Positions 47,501 to 60,540 of a DNA stretch of 64,000 bases are shown here, one piece after another (within the stretch, counting starts at the first letter, position 1; each line of letters starts with the position of its first letter). The notes beneath the pieces are model-generated. The model did no database searches. It was not told where the DNA came from and worked only from the letters and a program-made list of their open reading frames with translations. Where the stretch lies: assembly GCA_002269645.1 (NCBI GenBank), contig NIVC01002376.1, forward strand, positions 115,599 to 179,598, read 5' to 3'. Made by a program: the position numbers and the translations under genes. Source of the DNA: Macrostomum lignano (lineage: Eukaryota).

Positions 47501-50500
47501 ACTTAAGTGTCGGAGTTGTGCCACTTTGAGTGTCGGAGTTGTGCCACTTTGAGTGTCGGAGTTGTGCCACTTTGAGTGTCGGAGTTGTGCCACTTTGAGT
47601 GTCGGAGTTGTGCCAATTTGAGTGTCGGAGCTGTGTCACTTTGAGTGTCGGAGTTGTGCCACTTTGAGTGTCGGAGTTGTGCCACTTTGAGTGTCGGAGC
47701 TGTGTAACTTTGAGTGTCGGAGTTGTGCCACTTTGAGTGTCTGAGTTGTGCCACTTTGAGTGTCGGAGTTGTGCCAATTTGAGTGTCGGAGCTGTGTCAC
47801 TTTGAGTGTCGGAGTTGTGCCACTTTGAGTGTCGGAGTTGTGCCACTCTGAGTGTCGGAGTTGTGTCACTTTAAGTGTCGGAGTTGTGCCACTTTGAGTG
47901 TCGGAGTTGTGCCACTTTAAGTGTCGGAGTTGTGCCACTTTAAGTGTCGGAGTTGTGTCACTTTCCGTGATCAAGGATGCAACGCAGGCCGAATACTGTT
48001 TAATCAATTGAATAGTAATAAAGAGGAACAAATTCGCACCTGCTCGCAGGTCGCACCGCAGCAAGTCCAATCAATCGCCGCACACGGCAAGTGAGGACCA
48101 GAAGCAGCTGCAGCAGCAACGGCAGCCAGTCGGCAGTTTCGCCAGCTCCCGGCAGAAGCGAGAAGAGATTCGGGCCGCCTATTCCGACGATGAGACTCGA
48201 CGGTCGATGGAGCGGCAATGGGCGGCTGAGGACGCCAGGCTGGAGAGGCGGAGAGCCATTCGGTTGAACCAGGTGGGGTTCCGGTTTGATTCTGTTGTCG
48301 TGATTCACACCTATAAAGGGCCAACCCCCCTGCACAGAAAGTGTACATGCCTTACGATTAGAAAGTCAGGGCCGGTGTACACCCTGTCAGAGTCGGAGTT
48401 GCCTGCGTACACCGCCCCGCAGAATCGCGCCTCCGAGCCCAGCAAAGAGAGCAAACGTCGTTTTGAAGAGGCCGAAGCCGCCTACAAGCCTGCGGCGGGC
48501 GGCGCCGAGGACTTGTTCCGTCGGCAGCGCGAGCTCAAGATGGAGCGCTGCCTTCGCAGGCTGGAGGCTGAGCTCCAGCTCGCCCGAGCGGCGGAGGCCG
48601 AGCGACAGGCCGCTGAGGCTGAGAAGCGACGTCGGCGGGACGCTGACATGGCCGACATTCAGCGACGACACGCCGCCAATCTGAGGCGTATCGAGATGAT
48701 TAAGAGGCCGCCAAAATTGCTGAGATATCCGAGAAAGGCAAGAGACAGGTCCAGCTTCTTCTCAGAGTCTGACGGTGAGTTTGAGCTCATTAACCCTCGA
48801 ACGTTGGGGAAAACAATTGTCGGTTTATTATATTTGGGGTCCAATGGACCCCTCTGAGTTGATGCATGTTAACAATGCTTTATTGATTATTTATTGTTCA
48901 AAGCAAAAAACTACCAATACAATGGCGAACGTAATACATTAGTCGCATATTATCTCAAGAACATAGCAACTGATTCAGGTACTTTCTAAATGAAATTAGG
49001 CAATGAAGCTGAGAGTACTGATTAGTATTTGCTAATTACTAATTATTGTAACTGCAGTGTAACTACATGTATAATGAATAATGTCTTGCAATTCTACGAA
49101 TATATTGGAACACGAAGGATAAAGCAGAATTTGTCAGTAAATAGCACACGAAAAGAATTATCTCACTCTGCAGGCTCCCCCATGCATTCGAGGCAGACTG
49201 ACTGCAGGTGCCCGAGCAACAGTACCGTTGGCAGGTAGTGCAGCGTGTGCGAGTTTTGCGATCAGCAGAGCGGCTACACATGTGGCATCTTCCCTTTGGC
49301 ACTGATGCAACTGGGCGCTGAGGATGATTCTGACGTGCTCCTCTCTGGCCAGGCTGTTGCTTCAGCAGTGCCATTCCAAGTGCTCTCAGAAACAGCCTTC
49401 TTCGATGGGGCACTGCACCGTAGCTGTCTGGGAAGACAGCCTGGTGGAGGTAATAGGCGTTAAGGCATGCAATGTTTAGCACATTGCAAAACACGGCTAC
49501 ATGCCATCGTCGTGACTTGTACTTCACTGAGTAGCACATCGTCATCTGGTCCATCAAGTCCGTGCCTCCTTTAGTCTTATTGTAGTCCAGAATTGCTTGC
49601 GGCTTTCTTGTTGCGTTGTTAGACACCGCGGGACTTCTGTGCTGGCTAGAGAGTAGTAGTACAAGCTTATTGGGTTTCGCCTTGTAAGCAAGCAGTTGGA
49701 TCTGATCTTCAGTTGTGTAAACAAACTCAGTTGAGTACAGCTCACGTCCTTGATGGTTTCGCATCTCCAGCGGCACTTCCCGTCTGTGCAGCCGTATTGA
49801 ACCTAGCAGCGACATATTCCTTTGCAGTAAATATCTTGCTAGTGCTAGAGAGCAGAAGAAATTGTCGACGGTCACTCCAATTCCTGATCCTTGTAACCCT
49901 TCCGTCAACTTCAAAACGACGTGCTCACCAAGGCTTGCCTCACGCTCTTCCTCGCGGCCAACATACATATTGATATTCCAGCAGTACCCAGTAGCCGCAT
50001 CGTTTAGGCACCAGAACTTCAGCCCATACTTGGCAGGCTTCTTTGGCATGTACTGTATGTAGCTGCATCTTCCTCTATAGGGAAACAGCTGTTCGTCTAC
50101 AGTAACAGCTTCATTAGGAAAGTAACTCTTCTGTGAGTTCTGGACAAGTCCGTCAAGCAGCAACCTCACAGCGGCAAGCTTATCTCTTTGCAGTCGCGCA
50201 TTTCGAGTTTCGCGGTTGTCAAATCGCAGAAATCGGCGAATAGTCTTGAAGCGCGTCAAAGACATGGAGTTCTTGAAAACCTTTCTTCCGAATTCCTCAC
50301 TCCAGAGCTCATCGATGCTCTCCATGCTTCCTTTGAATACTCCGCGAAGAATGTTTAGGCCAATGAAGGCATTGATTTCCTCTCTGGTAGTTGGATTCCA
50401 AGCATTTCCAAGAACTCTCCTAGCTTCGCGGTTGGTCTCTATCACAATTGTGTCAACCATGTCATTGTCAAAGATGACGTGGAAAGCCGACTCTTCATCA

Positions 50501-53500
50501 TGAATGCGTGCTGCAGCGTAAGCTGTGATTCCTGGTCTATTGCGCAAGATGTTACAGGCTGGCCTCTGTCCAGGACGTGAAGTTTCATGGTGCCATACTT
50601 GACCACTAGGACTGCGATAACTTCTTTCAACATCACCAGCAGCAGCTGCGGCAGCAACAGGTGATGCTGGCCTTGATGAATCACTAGATGCGTCTTCAAC
50701 ATCGGGCAAATCAATATCTTGTTCGGCTTCAGCAATATCCGAAAGAGCCTCGTCTTCGTCCGATACTTCAGCGTCAATATGGGCTTCTGGGTGAGCAACT
50801 GGTTGGTTCATAATCACTTCAAGAGCTCTAGACTTAGCAGCTCTTACGACCATCGGTCTAGAAGAAGCCATTTTGCAAATTTTCGCAAATACTTGCTGAG
50901 TAAATGCTTGGTATAGTAGTTTTCTCTATGAATCAGCTGGAAAATCTTTTGTTATAGAATAGCTATTTTCACAAGATTAGGGCAAGAGGGTGCTCCTTAT
51001 ATACCCATCAGCTATATATAGAATATTCTAGAAATAGAAAATATTAGAAAGTTTAGAAAATATTGAACCGCCCCAACCGACTTTATGTGTTTCAACTATA
51101 TAAATATAGAAAATTAGTTACGGGGTCCACTGGACCCCAAGAACCCCCAATATAATAAGTTCACTTGGTGAACTGGGCTTATATAAAATAAGAACAACGA
51201 TGCTTATACGGTTGAAAACCTTCAAAAATAATAATTCTCCTAGCATCTGGTTGTTTTAACATAATATTTAGTATGATTTAATTCTAACTAAAGATACCGT
51301 TGGGGTCCAATGGACCCCAAAATCTTTCGAGGGTTAATAAAATAATTGTTGACCACAATCAACAATCAACACTCAACAAGTTAGAAGCAAAAAGCAACAA
51401 TCCACTATCAACGATTCACCATTCGTAATCAAAATTAAGCAATCAGCTATCAACAATCAACAATCCACAATCCTCAATCAACAATCCATAATACTCAATT
51501 AACAATCCACAATCAGCAATCAACAATCCACAATCCTCAATCAACAATCCATAATACTCAATCAACAATCCACAATCCACAATCATCAATCAAAACTCCA
51601 TAATTCTCAATCAACAATCCACAATCATGAATCAGAACTCCACAATCCTTAATAATCCATACAATCCATAACAATCCATACAATCCATAACAATCCATAC
51701 TACTCAATTTATAATCCACAATCCTCAATCAACAATCCACAATCATCAACCAACAATCCATAATTCGCAACCAACAATCCACAATCCTCAATCAACAATC
51801 CACAATCATCAATCAGCAATCCACAATCCCTAATCAACAATCCACAATCCTCAATCAACAATCCACAATCCTCAATCAACAATCCACAATCCCTAATCAA
51901 CAATCCACAATCCCTAATCAACAATCCACAATCATCAACCAACAATCCACAATCCCTAATCAACAATCCACAATCCTCAATCAACAATCCACAATCCTCA
52001 ATCAACAATCCACAATCCCTAATCAACAATCCACAATCCTCAATCAACAATCCACAATCATCAACCAACAATCCACAATCATCAACCAACAATCCACAAT
52101 CATGAATCAACAATCCACAATTCGCAACCAACAATCCAGACACCGCCACCAGCGCATCGGACAGCGGACCGTCCCAGCTGCAGCGCCCCTCCAAGCAGCA
52201 GCCGCAGCCGCTAGCAAGCAGCGAAACGGCCGACAGAAAGCAGCAACTACAAACCAATTTGGACACGCGGGAGAATCGGGAAAAGCGTGAGAAGCAGAAC
52301 AAGGCGAAAGCTGTCACCGACACAACCGAAGCCAAGCCAATGTCTACCAAAGCGGAGAAGCCGCCAAAGCAGAAAGCACAGAAGAAAGAGCCGCGGGACC
52401 AGATGCGGCAGCCAAGAGCGTACGGTCTGCACGCAAACGAAGATGACAGTGGAGTCCAGAGAGAGGGCAGCAACTGGGACGATGATTCGAGGTCGACGAA
52501 ACAGGAGGGTCAGGTAATGGGGACAAAGGCCAGTCCACGAGAGACAGCCGAGAGTGCCAGTCCTCAGAAGGTCAACGAGAGCACCAGTCCTCAGAAGGTC
52601 AACGAGAGCGCCAGTCCTCAGAAGGTCAACGAGAGCGCCAGTCCTCAGAAGGTCAACGAGAGCGCCAGTCCTCAGAAGGTCAACGAGAGCGCCAGTCCTC
52701 AGAAGGTCAACGAGAGCGCCAGTCCTCAGAAGGTCAACGAGAGCGCCAGTCCTCAGAAGGTCAATGAAAGTGCCAGTCCTCAGAAAGTCAATGAAAGTGC
52801 CACTCCACAGAAGGTCAATGAAAGTGCCAGTCCGCAGAAGGTCAATGAAAGTGCCAGTCCTCAGAAAGTCAATGAAAGTGCCACTCCGCAGAAGGTCAAT
52901 GAAAGCGCCAGTCCGCAGAAGGTCAGTGAAAGTGCCAGTCCACAGAAGGACAATGAAAGTGCCAGTCTGCTGGTCACAGAGAGCGCCAGTCCACAGAAAA
53001 CAGCTGAGAGCGCCAGTCCTCAAAAGACAGCTGGGAGTGCCAGTCCGCAGAAGGACAATGAAAGCGCCAGTCCGCAGAAGGTCAATGAAAGTGCCAGTCC
53101 TCAAAAGACAGCTGGGAGTACCAGTCTGCTGGTCACAGAGAGCGCCAGTCCACAGAAGACAGCTGAGAGCGCCAGTCCTCAAATGACAGCAGAGATTAAT
53201 AGTCCACAGAAGACAGCTGGGAGTGCCAGTCCGCAGAAGGACAATGAAAGTGCCAGTCCGCAGAAGGACAATGAAAGTGCCAGTCCGCAGAAGGACAGTG
53301 AAAGCGCCAGTCCTCAGAAGGTCAATGAAAGTGCCCCTCCGCAGAAGACAGCTGAGAGCGCCAGTCCACACAAGACAGCTGAGAGCGCCAGTCCACAGAA
53401 GACAGCTGAGAGTGCCAGTCCACAGAAGACAGCTGAGAGTGCCAGTCCACAGAAGACAGCTGAGAGCGCCAGTCCACAGAAGACAGCTGAGAGTGCCAGT

Positions 53501-54535
53501 CCACAGAAGACAGCTGAGAGCGCCAGTCCGCAGAAGACAGCTGAGAGCGCCAGTCCACAGAAGACAGCTGCAGAGATTACCAGTCCACAGAAGACAGCTG
53601 AGAGTGCCAGTCCACAGAAGACAGCTGAGAGTGCCAGTCCACAGAAGACAGCTGAGAGCGCCAGTCCACAGAAGACAGCTGAGAGCGCCAGTCCGCAGAA
53701 GACAGCTGCAGAGATTACCAGTCCACAGAAGACAGCTGAGAGTGCCAGTCCACAGAAGACAGCTGAGAGTGCCAGTCCACAGAAGACAGCTGAGAGCGCC
53801 AGTCCACAGAAGACAGCTGAGAGCGCCAGTCCGCAGAAGACAGCTGCAGAGATTACCAGTCCACAGAAGACAGCTGAGAGCGCCAGTCCGCAGAAGACAG
53901 ATGGGAGTGCCAGTCCGCAGAAGGTCAATGAAAGTGCCAGTCCGCAGACGGACAATGAAGGTGCCAGTCTGCTGGTCACAGAGAGCGGCAGTCCTAAGCT
54001 CACAGCTGAGATTACCAGTCCGTCAGCTGAAAGTGCCAGTCCGCAGAAGACAGCTGAGAGCGCCAGTCCGCAGAAGACAGCTGAGAGCGCCAGTCCGCAG
54101 CAGACAGCTGCAGAGATTACCAGTCCGCAGAAGACAGCTGGGAGTGCCAGTCCGCAGAACACAGCTGAGAGCACCAGTCTACAGAAGACAGCTGAGAGCG
54201 CCAGTCCGCAGAAGACAGCTGCAGAGATTACCAGTCCGCAGAAGACAGCTGGGAGTGCCAGTCCACAGAAGACAGCTGAGAGTGCCAGTCCACAGAAGAC
54301 AGCTGAGACAGAACCTACCGTATCAAACAATATCGAAAACTACAGTCCTCAGAAGCAAGAGACAGTCGATCCTCAGGACAGCGACGACCGGGCAAGCGGA
54401 ATCCAAGTTCCCGAAGAGTCAGCACCTGCTGAGCCGGAGCCATCCAGTGGATCAGCGGAAATGGCAAACCAACGAAAGGAATCCAGTACAGACGAGTCCG
54501 ATCCTGTCAATTCTGACCACGCTAAGGAAGTTTGA
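44584..54535 (+). CDS. Orphan low-complexity/coiled-coil gene; proposed exons about 44584-44950, 48050-48774, 52140-54535 (5' end unresolved)
   Basis: Phase-compatible junctions AG|G and G|AC; AATAAA just after the stop; the third acceptor is weak. Confidence 0.55.
44985..46110. repeat. 23-bp intronic minisatellite AGTGTGAGTTGGTGAATCTGTAC
   Basis: Seen directly. Confidence 0.95.
47452..47961. repeat. 23-bp intronic minisatellite CTTTGAGTGTCGGAGTTGTGCCA
   Basis: Seen directly. Confidence 0.95.
48794..51333 (-). mobile_element. piggyBac transposon, 2540 bp
   Basis: TTAA|CCCTCGAA...TTCGAGGG|TTAA; subterminal GGGGTCCAWTGGACCCC palindromes near 48836, 51122 and 51302. Confidence 0.95.
49063..50871 (-). 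CDS. piggyBac (PGBD4-like) transposase; 1-bp deletion near 49212 shifts the end of the cysteine-rich domain
   Basis: VDEQL, VDNFF, GGTDLMD catalytic aspartates; CHMC..CTTC..CC, with HLQSVCLEC in the shifted frame. Confidence 0.93.
   Translation of the reverse strand: MASSRPMVVRAAKSRALEVIMNQPVAHPEAHIDAEVSDEDEALSDIAEAEQDIDLPDVEDASSDSSRPASPVAAAAAAGDVERSYRSPSGQVWHHETSRPGQRPACNILRNRPGITAYAAARIHDEESAFHVIFDNDMVDTIVIETNREARRVLGNAWNPTTREEINAFIGLNILRGVFKGSMESIDELWSEEFGRKVFKNSMSLTRFKTIRRFLRFDNRETRNARLQRDKLAAVRLLLDGLVQNSQKSYFPNEAVTVDEQLFPYRGRCSYIQYMPKKPAKYGLKFWCLNDAATGYCWNINMYVGREEEREASLGEHVVLKLTEGLQGSGIGVTVDNFFCSLALARYLLQRNMSLLGSIRLHRREVPLEMRNHQGRELYSTEFVYTTEDQIQLLAYKAKPNKLVLLLSSQHRSPAVSNNATRKPQAILDYNKTKGGTDLMDQMTMCYSVKYKSRRWHVAVFCNVLNIACLNAYYLHQAVFPDSYGAVPHRRRLFLRALGMALLKQQPGQRGARQNHPQRPVASVPKGRCHMCSRSADRKTRTRCTTCQRYCCSGTCSQSASNAWGSLQSEIILFVCYLLTNSALSFVFQYIRRIARHYSLYM
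51400..52130. repeat. 21-bp minisatellite ATCAACAATCCACAATCCTCA
   Basis: Seen directly. Confidence 0.9.
52545..54305 (+). repeat. 27-bp coding repeat (ESASPQKTA / ESASPQKVN), roughly 60 units
   Basis: Seen directly; frame open throughout, with codon-sized indels. Confidence 0.9.
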
Positions 54536-55448
54536 CAACAAATAAAAACCTGGTCTAGATTTTCGTTCTATTTTGGTTTAATTTGGAAAATAATCGAAAA
54601 TAATAATATGTGAAGATTAGATTTAAAGAAACAGTTATGTTTTTTCAATTTTATTTTGCTGAAAAAGTTTTTTTATTATTTTTCGCTTGCCTTGATGGAC
54701 GGTTTATAATCTCGCTTCAGTCAGTGTGCGTGCCTTTCGTGAATAAATTTATTTGTTAAAACGTGATAATATTTACTTCTCACTGATTGTTAAAGTCCAT
54801 GTTGTCACAAACTTTAACATGGCGTTAAAATCAATTCTGTCCTATTTTTGATAGGCAGCTGACGACAATTGGCACCTGCTACACATATGAGTAGACAGAC
54901 GAATGTAAAATAGAACTGTAGTGCATTATTAAGAAGACATTTTAGTGTAGTTGAGACTCAGGCCTTGCATCGTCAATAGACAATTAATTTGCTCAGGCAC
55001 AACCAGGCAGCATTGTTATGAGCTCTCCAAGCACGTCGGTACGTTGGCAACGGTTCGCGCGAGAGGCTGAGACAAGATAGGAAGACCTTAGAGCGTTTTG
55101 TGTGGAGCTGAAGAGAAAAAAATCTATTTTTTTCGGTGTTTTGCTCCACCCAAACTGCTTACTAGACTGACAGTAGCGGCAGCAAGTGTAGAGCTGCCTC
55201 TCTCGCTCTCCTTTCTTTACTACATTTGTAGATTGTTAGAAACCCTCCGATAGTGCTGAGCCATGCGAGGGGGGAGAGAGAGATGAAGAAGGGTCGCTGG
55301 TCTAAAAACTCAAACCTTGAGCGCGAGCTTAGCTGCTCATCGTCCGCGCGCTTCCACTCTGAGCGAGGCGTCGCCAGGTAAACAACTTCTGAATCCAGTC
55401 GGGGAAAGTGCAGAGCTGTCAGCCACCCTGGTCAGCTGTTGTCCATCC

Positions 55449-57275
55449 ATGGCAAACCATCCGCGCTACGCTGATGACGACGACGGGTGGATGGACCCGA
55501 ACCTGGTCGAGCCGAAGCTGCAGGACGACCTCAACCGGCAGCTCGGTCTCAATCGTCGAGTTCGTCAGCGTCCTCGAGCTGCGTTCGGTTCGAAGTCAGC
55601 CCCGGATCCGCGGCAGCAGCGGCGGCAGACAGAGCTGACGCAGATTCGCTACTTCAAGTACGTGCCTTTCACCGGCATGAGCGAGCCGGAGAAGCAGCGC
55701 TACCTCAGCCTGGGCCCGGCCCGGCTCACTTCGAGTCGCACGGCCCCGCCAACGCAGCCTGTAGTCGCCGACAAAGCTACAGAAGCCTCCTACTGGTCAT
55801 CGGCCAGTCCAAGTAAGTCTTTGAAGGTGTACGACTATCATCTGGCCGAGTTGTCCATGACCTACCGCAGTCCGCCCTCGCTGCTCGAACTTCCCCGGCG
55901 GGAGCTTGCCACGCCAAGTGCGTCACCGAGGCCTCCCCAGCAGCAGCAGCGTCAAGCAGCGCTGACGGCGGCGCCTCGTCGCCCGCTGTTCTTCCAGCTG
56001 CACAGCAGTCGGGCAGTTCCAGCTAGCGCACCGTCGGCCACGCAGCAGGAGCTGCAGACGAGTCAACGACACGCAACCGACGTTGCCGAAAAGACCACGC
56101 AGGTGTCGCGCGGAGGCACGCCGTTTATTGACAGCGCGCTGAGCGACTACCCCACTGAGCCGATGGACTTGGTGAGCAAGTCAGACTCCAACCGGCTGTT
56201 GAACGTCGTGTCAGTAGACGAGTGCCACATGAGGCATCGACGGCGGCGTCGGAGGCTGCGTCGGGTGCACCCGAGCCGCGAGGCTACTGAAGCCGACGGA
56301 GAGGCTTGGGAAAATAAGGCACCAGAAGAAGGTTACGACGAAGAGGAGTACGACGAGGACGAAGAGGAAGATGGAGCGGAATGGGAGGCCACCGTTGAAG
56401 CAGTCGATGCGGGAGACAAACCAGCTACAGGAGACGCCGCACCAGACGCGACAGAGTTTAGGCAGGAGTTGAGGCAGGGTGAGTGAATTATAAAAGCGGT
56501 AGAAAAGTTGATGACGTAGAAAGGAGCTGTAAACTTAAGCACTGTTAAATTCCTAACCATGACGGTCGACCCCCATAAGAATTTGTACATGTACACAATG
56601 CCTAACGATATTAAAATTTAGGGCCACTGTGCACTGTGTGGGCGCGTGGATGAGTGCGTGCCTGCGTACATGTACATGTATGCGCTCAGGGGTCAGCGGA
56701 ATGGGCAGAATTGCCGTCCGCGCTGGGGTTGTGGGACGATGTCTCGGAAGTGTTTACAATGATGGTCCTCCACAGAATCGGTCGAGCCGCATGAGCAGCG
56801 GGCACCCGAGTCTGCTTCAGCAACAGCGGTAGCAACAGTAGAGCCGACTGTGGCACCTTCGGTCACAGCAACCCGGCCGACGACCGAACGCAGCGGCGGC
56901 GGTCGTAAGAAACGGCGCACAGAGAAGGAGCTGCGTCGAATCGCTGCCGCAAAGTTTCTACGTCGCAACGAAATCCTTCGCGAGAAGATGACCATCTACC
57001 TGGACTGGAAGCTCAACCAGGAGCGCCTGGGTCTGATCCAGCTGCGCCTGGGTGACCCGGCGGCCAGGTTCGAGCGGTTCACGGAGGAGCTGGTGCAGCA
57101 GGAGGCCATGGTGGCCGGACAATATCGCGAACCAGCCGACGACATCGGGGCAACGCCGACGCTCAAGGGGAGTCGCCGCAGCTGCTGGAGTCGCAGAATC
57201 GCCCCGTCAATTTGGCTTCATCCAAGAAGAGGGCCTCGGCCACGGCCGGATCGCCCCAGCAGCGGCAGGAGTTAA
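55449..57275 (+). CDS. Orphan two-exon gene (55449-56478, 56776-57275) with acidic and basic low-complexity tracts
   Basis: Long GC-rich open frames; phase-1 GTGAG donor and CCTCCACAG acceptor in frame; no recognisable domain. Confidence 0.55.
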
Positions 57276-57682
57276 GCCTCACCGAGATGTACGAAGCTCT
57301 GAGGGCGTGAGTTAAAACAAGATTATCATGTAAATGTATGCTTTGTTTAAATCTTGAAGCTTGGCGGCTTGTGTGTGCATGAACCTTGAACCGCTTTAAC
57401 TAATTTAATTGTACACTCGTACAACAATTTTAAACAAATATAAAACTTTCCAAAAGCTTTTCAGTGCACTGTTTCGAAAAAAAATTGAATCTTAATTCTT
57501 TCAACTGTAAACTTACTCCCGGTGATCATGCAAAATGTAGCAGATAAGTACATGACTATACATCTCTCTTAGGTCATTGGAAACGTTAAAAAATCCCAGT
57601 CGGTAACTAAAAAACATGCACGAGAAGTTAAACGTAGATAGTCTGGTACAAGGACCACTGTATATAGCCACTGTGTGGTCCT

Positions 57683-59489
57683 TAGGGTTTGCAATCAAGG
57701 GATCCTGGGATCCCGGGATTAGGGGCCAAATTCTGGGATTTGAATCCTGTGATTAAAATTTGTCGGGATTTACCGGGATTGATAATCCCGGGATTATCCA
57801 TGGCCGGGATTCGGGATCCCGGGATTAAAATCTGTGAATCCCGGGATTTTTCGGGATTGATAAGAAGGAGCAGACACTTTTAATTTTAAATTTTCATCAT
57901 GTATTTTTCAGTTCCACTTCACTTTACAATGCATTTTTTAGAATATCGTTTAGTCATCCAAATAGTGAAATGTGCGAATCGTAAAATTGTTTTTTTGGAA
58001 TGAATTCAAAACTGTTTTGTATTAAATTGAGGTCCCGAATCCCGGTGTGACGAATAAGGCGAATAAGACGGATCTGTGTAGCGGTTAATTTAGATAGTTC
58101 ATGATTAGTTAGCAGATCGGCAAGCCGCTTCAACCCTTAGACTTTTGCTAGTGCTACTTAAAATTGCTGGATCAGTTAATTAACTAATTGGTGTGCCAAG
58201 GTAGACGGCGGAAGAGTTGGTGTAAGGAGGCCAGACAGCGTCACAGCTAAGGGTTAGCAAGCCTAGGTCGAGAAGCGAAGCAAGGGGAAGGGCGAGAGCG
58301 GCTGCTGACTGTAGTGTAAGCATATATTTTAAGGTAAACAGATAACAACAACACCCTTAATCTAAAACCCAGACAAACAACCCCCCACGCGGCGCGCAAT
58401 GTACATGTACAAATTAATCGATAAATATATCATGCAAGGATAACATACGTCAGTACAAGTACATAGGTAGAACTACTTTACGAGAAATAATAACGATATG
58501 AATGAAATACAAATAATAGAATAAACACATACGAGGCTACAAAAACAAAGCAATTAACAGTAAAAATAGCGCGATAATAATACGTACGAATATTGTTAAA
58601 ATAAATGAAAGAATACAGTAGTAGCACGGTATGCATATGAAAATAAAGAAATACGATACACGCTTCTACGAATCACACTGTCACACCGGGACAAATTTTT
58701 GTTTTTATTTTTACGTAAATTGTTGTAATATGAACATAATTGGGTCCACAAGTATGTTATTATACTGCGCTAATTTCCGTTAATTGCCTCAACTACTAAC
58801 TAACTATTAACTAAATAAGTAATAAGGCGCCTCAACCATTGAACAGGCTCTTACGCCACTAGGAATGAATTAGGATCCATGTTGGGAGTGTACTAACACT
58901 AGGTTTCTAAGCTAGGCTAAAAGAACTGTGACCATCAAGCCGAGCAGGCGACACCAGTCGGGCTGAGGGCGGGCCCTACTTCCTACCGTTGGGGCGTCGC
59001 ACCTACTCCAAGCACAAAACTAAACCTCCCCGGGGCTAGAGGGGGTTGAGTGAATCAGGGAAGCCCGTGCCTTCTCCTGGTTTAGTAGGGCCAAAAAACC
59101 GGTCAAATGACCGTGAAAGTTATTCCAATTTAAATTTTGATATTTTATTTGCTTCTTTACTACTAATAAGTACTTTTATACTACTTACTCAAATACGTCA
59201 CAAGATACGTCGTAATGCTGTTTTTCATCTACAAACAGATCATTAACTCTATAACAGTCAAAAATGGAAGCAAAAAACGCTAGCGCATATTTTGTCTTAA
59301 AATTTCAACCCAGAAGCTTAAAAAATTGTATTTTTCTGATCCCGGGGATTGGCCAAATTCTGGGATTAAATCCCGGGATGATCATATCCCGGGATTACAA
59401 ATACTCGGGATTTATCGGGATTGATAATCCCGGGATTGTCCATGTTGCATGGCCGGAATTGACAGAAGACCGGGATTTTGCAATCCCTA
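57683..59489. mobile_element. Non-autonomous hAT-like element with CCCGGGA motif arrays
   Basis: TAGGGTTTGCAAT...TTGCAATCCCTA; imperfect TSD GTGGTCCT / GCTGGTCCT. Confidence 0.75.
58046..58685. mobile_element. Solo LTR (Gypsy-like), 640 bp
   Basis: TGTGAC...GTCACA with 4-bp TSD CCGG. Confidence 0.8.
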
Positions 59490-60540
59490 GCTGGTCCTTG
59501 GTCTGATATTCTTGACAGTAAATTTAGCTCTATGACGGCTATTTGATGGTGTAGTAGAGATCTCAGCGGGACAATGAAACAAGCCCGGAAATTCTCCCTT
59601 ATGAGCGGACGAGAGACGCGTTTATCAAAATTGTACGGCTAACAAAAGCCCGGTTACTAATTTAAGGCATTAATCGCAACCCTTAAAAGGGCCGTTTTAA
59701 AAATTTTAAAAAGGACCCACCGGGCAACAAGCTAGCTGAAATACAGCTTAAAAAGCACCAGGAAAAGTTTTCTGATTTTATTTTTTTCGTCTTATACAGT
59801 GTAAATATGACATGGCTTTTTATAGTTTTTTTATCATACAAATTTTAGCATGCTTAATTTAATTTGCATGTGATATGAGGAAGTTAATGTTACATTTTTC
59901 AATTCAGCTTACTTCACAAATGTTAACAATACTACTAATTCTAATGCTAAATATATTATTTATTTACCATTTTTACTAGCTTTGTTCGACGCGACCACTT
60001 TGATGTTTCAGACAGGATATTTCCTCTTGGTGATTTTTAGAGCCCTTAATAGGGCCGTTTTATAAAGTTTTTAAAATAAAGTGAGAGGGAGTGGATCTAA
60101 ATGAAATCGATGAAAAGATTTTCTGATTCTAATTCTCTTCGCTGTACAGTTAAATGAATTCAGTTGTATGGCTTCAATTATTTCATTGGACATTCTTTCG
60201 CCATTGCTTTTGATATGGACATTAATGGCTTCTCAAAACAGGTTGAAGTATAATAAATTGAGAAAGAAACTATAATTTTAATCATTATAAATTAAAATTA
60301 AAATTTATTGTTATTGAAATACTTTGTACTTCTTCAAAAAAATAAACTTTAACATTTGTTAAAGCTACTATAGCATTTTGCCAAATTTTAACATGGTAAA
60401 TATAATTCCATTTTTTAGAGTGCTGTGTTGTGCTGCGCGCTGATTCATCTAGCTCTGATCTCTACGAAGCTTTTCTGATTTGCAGTTACTTGCGTCTTTA
60501 TATTTTTGGTCTTTTAAAGTTAACTTCTGGTAAATTAACT

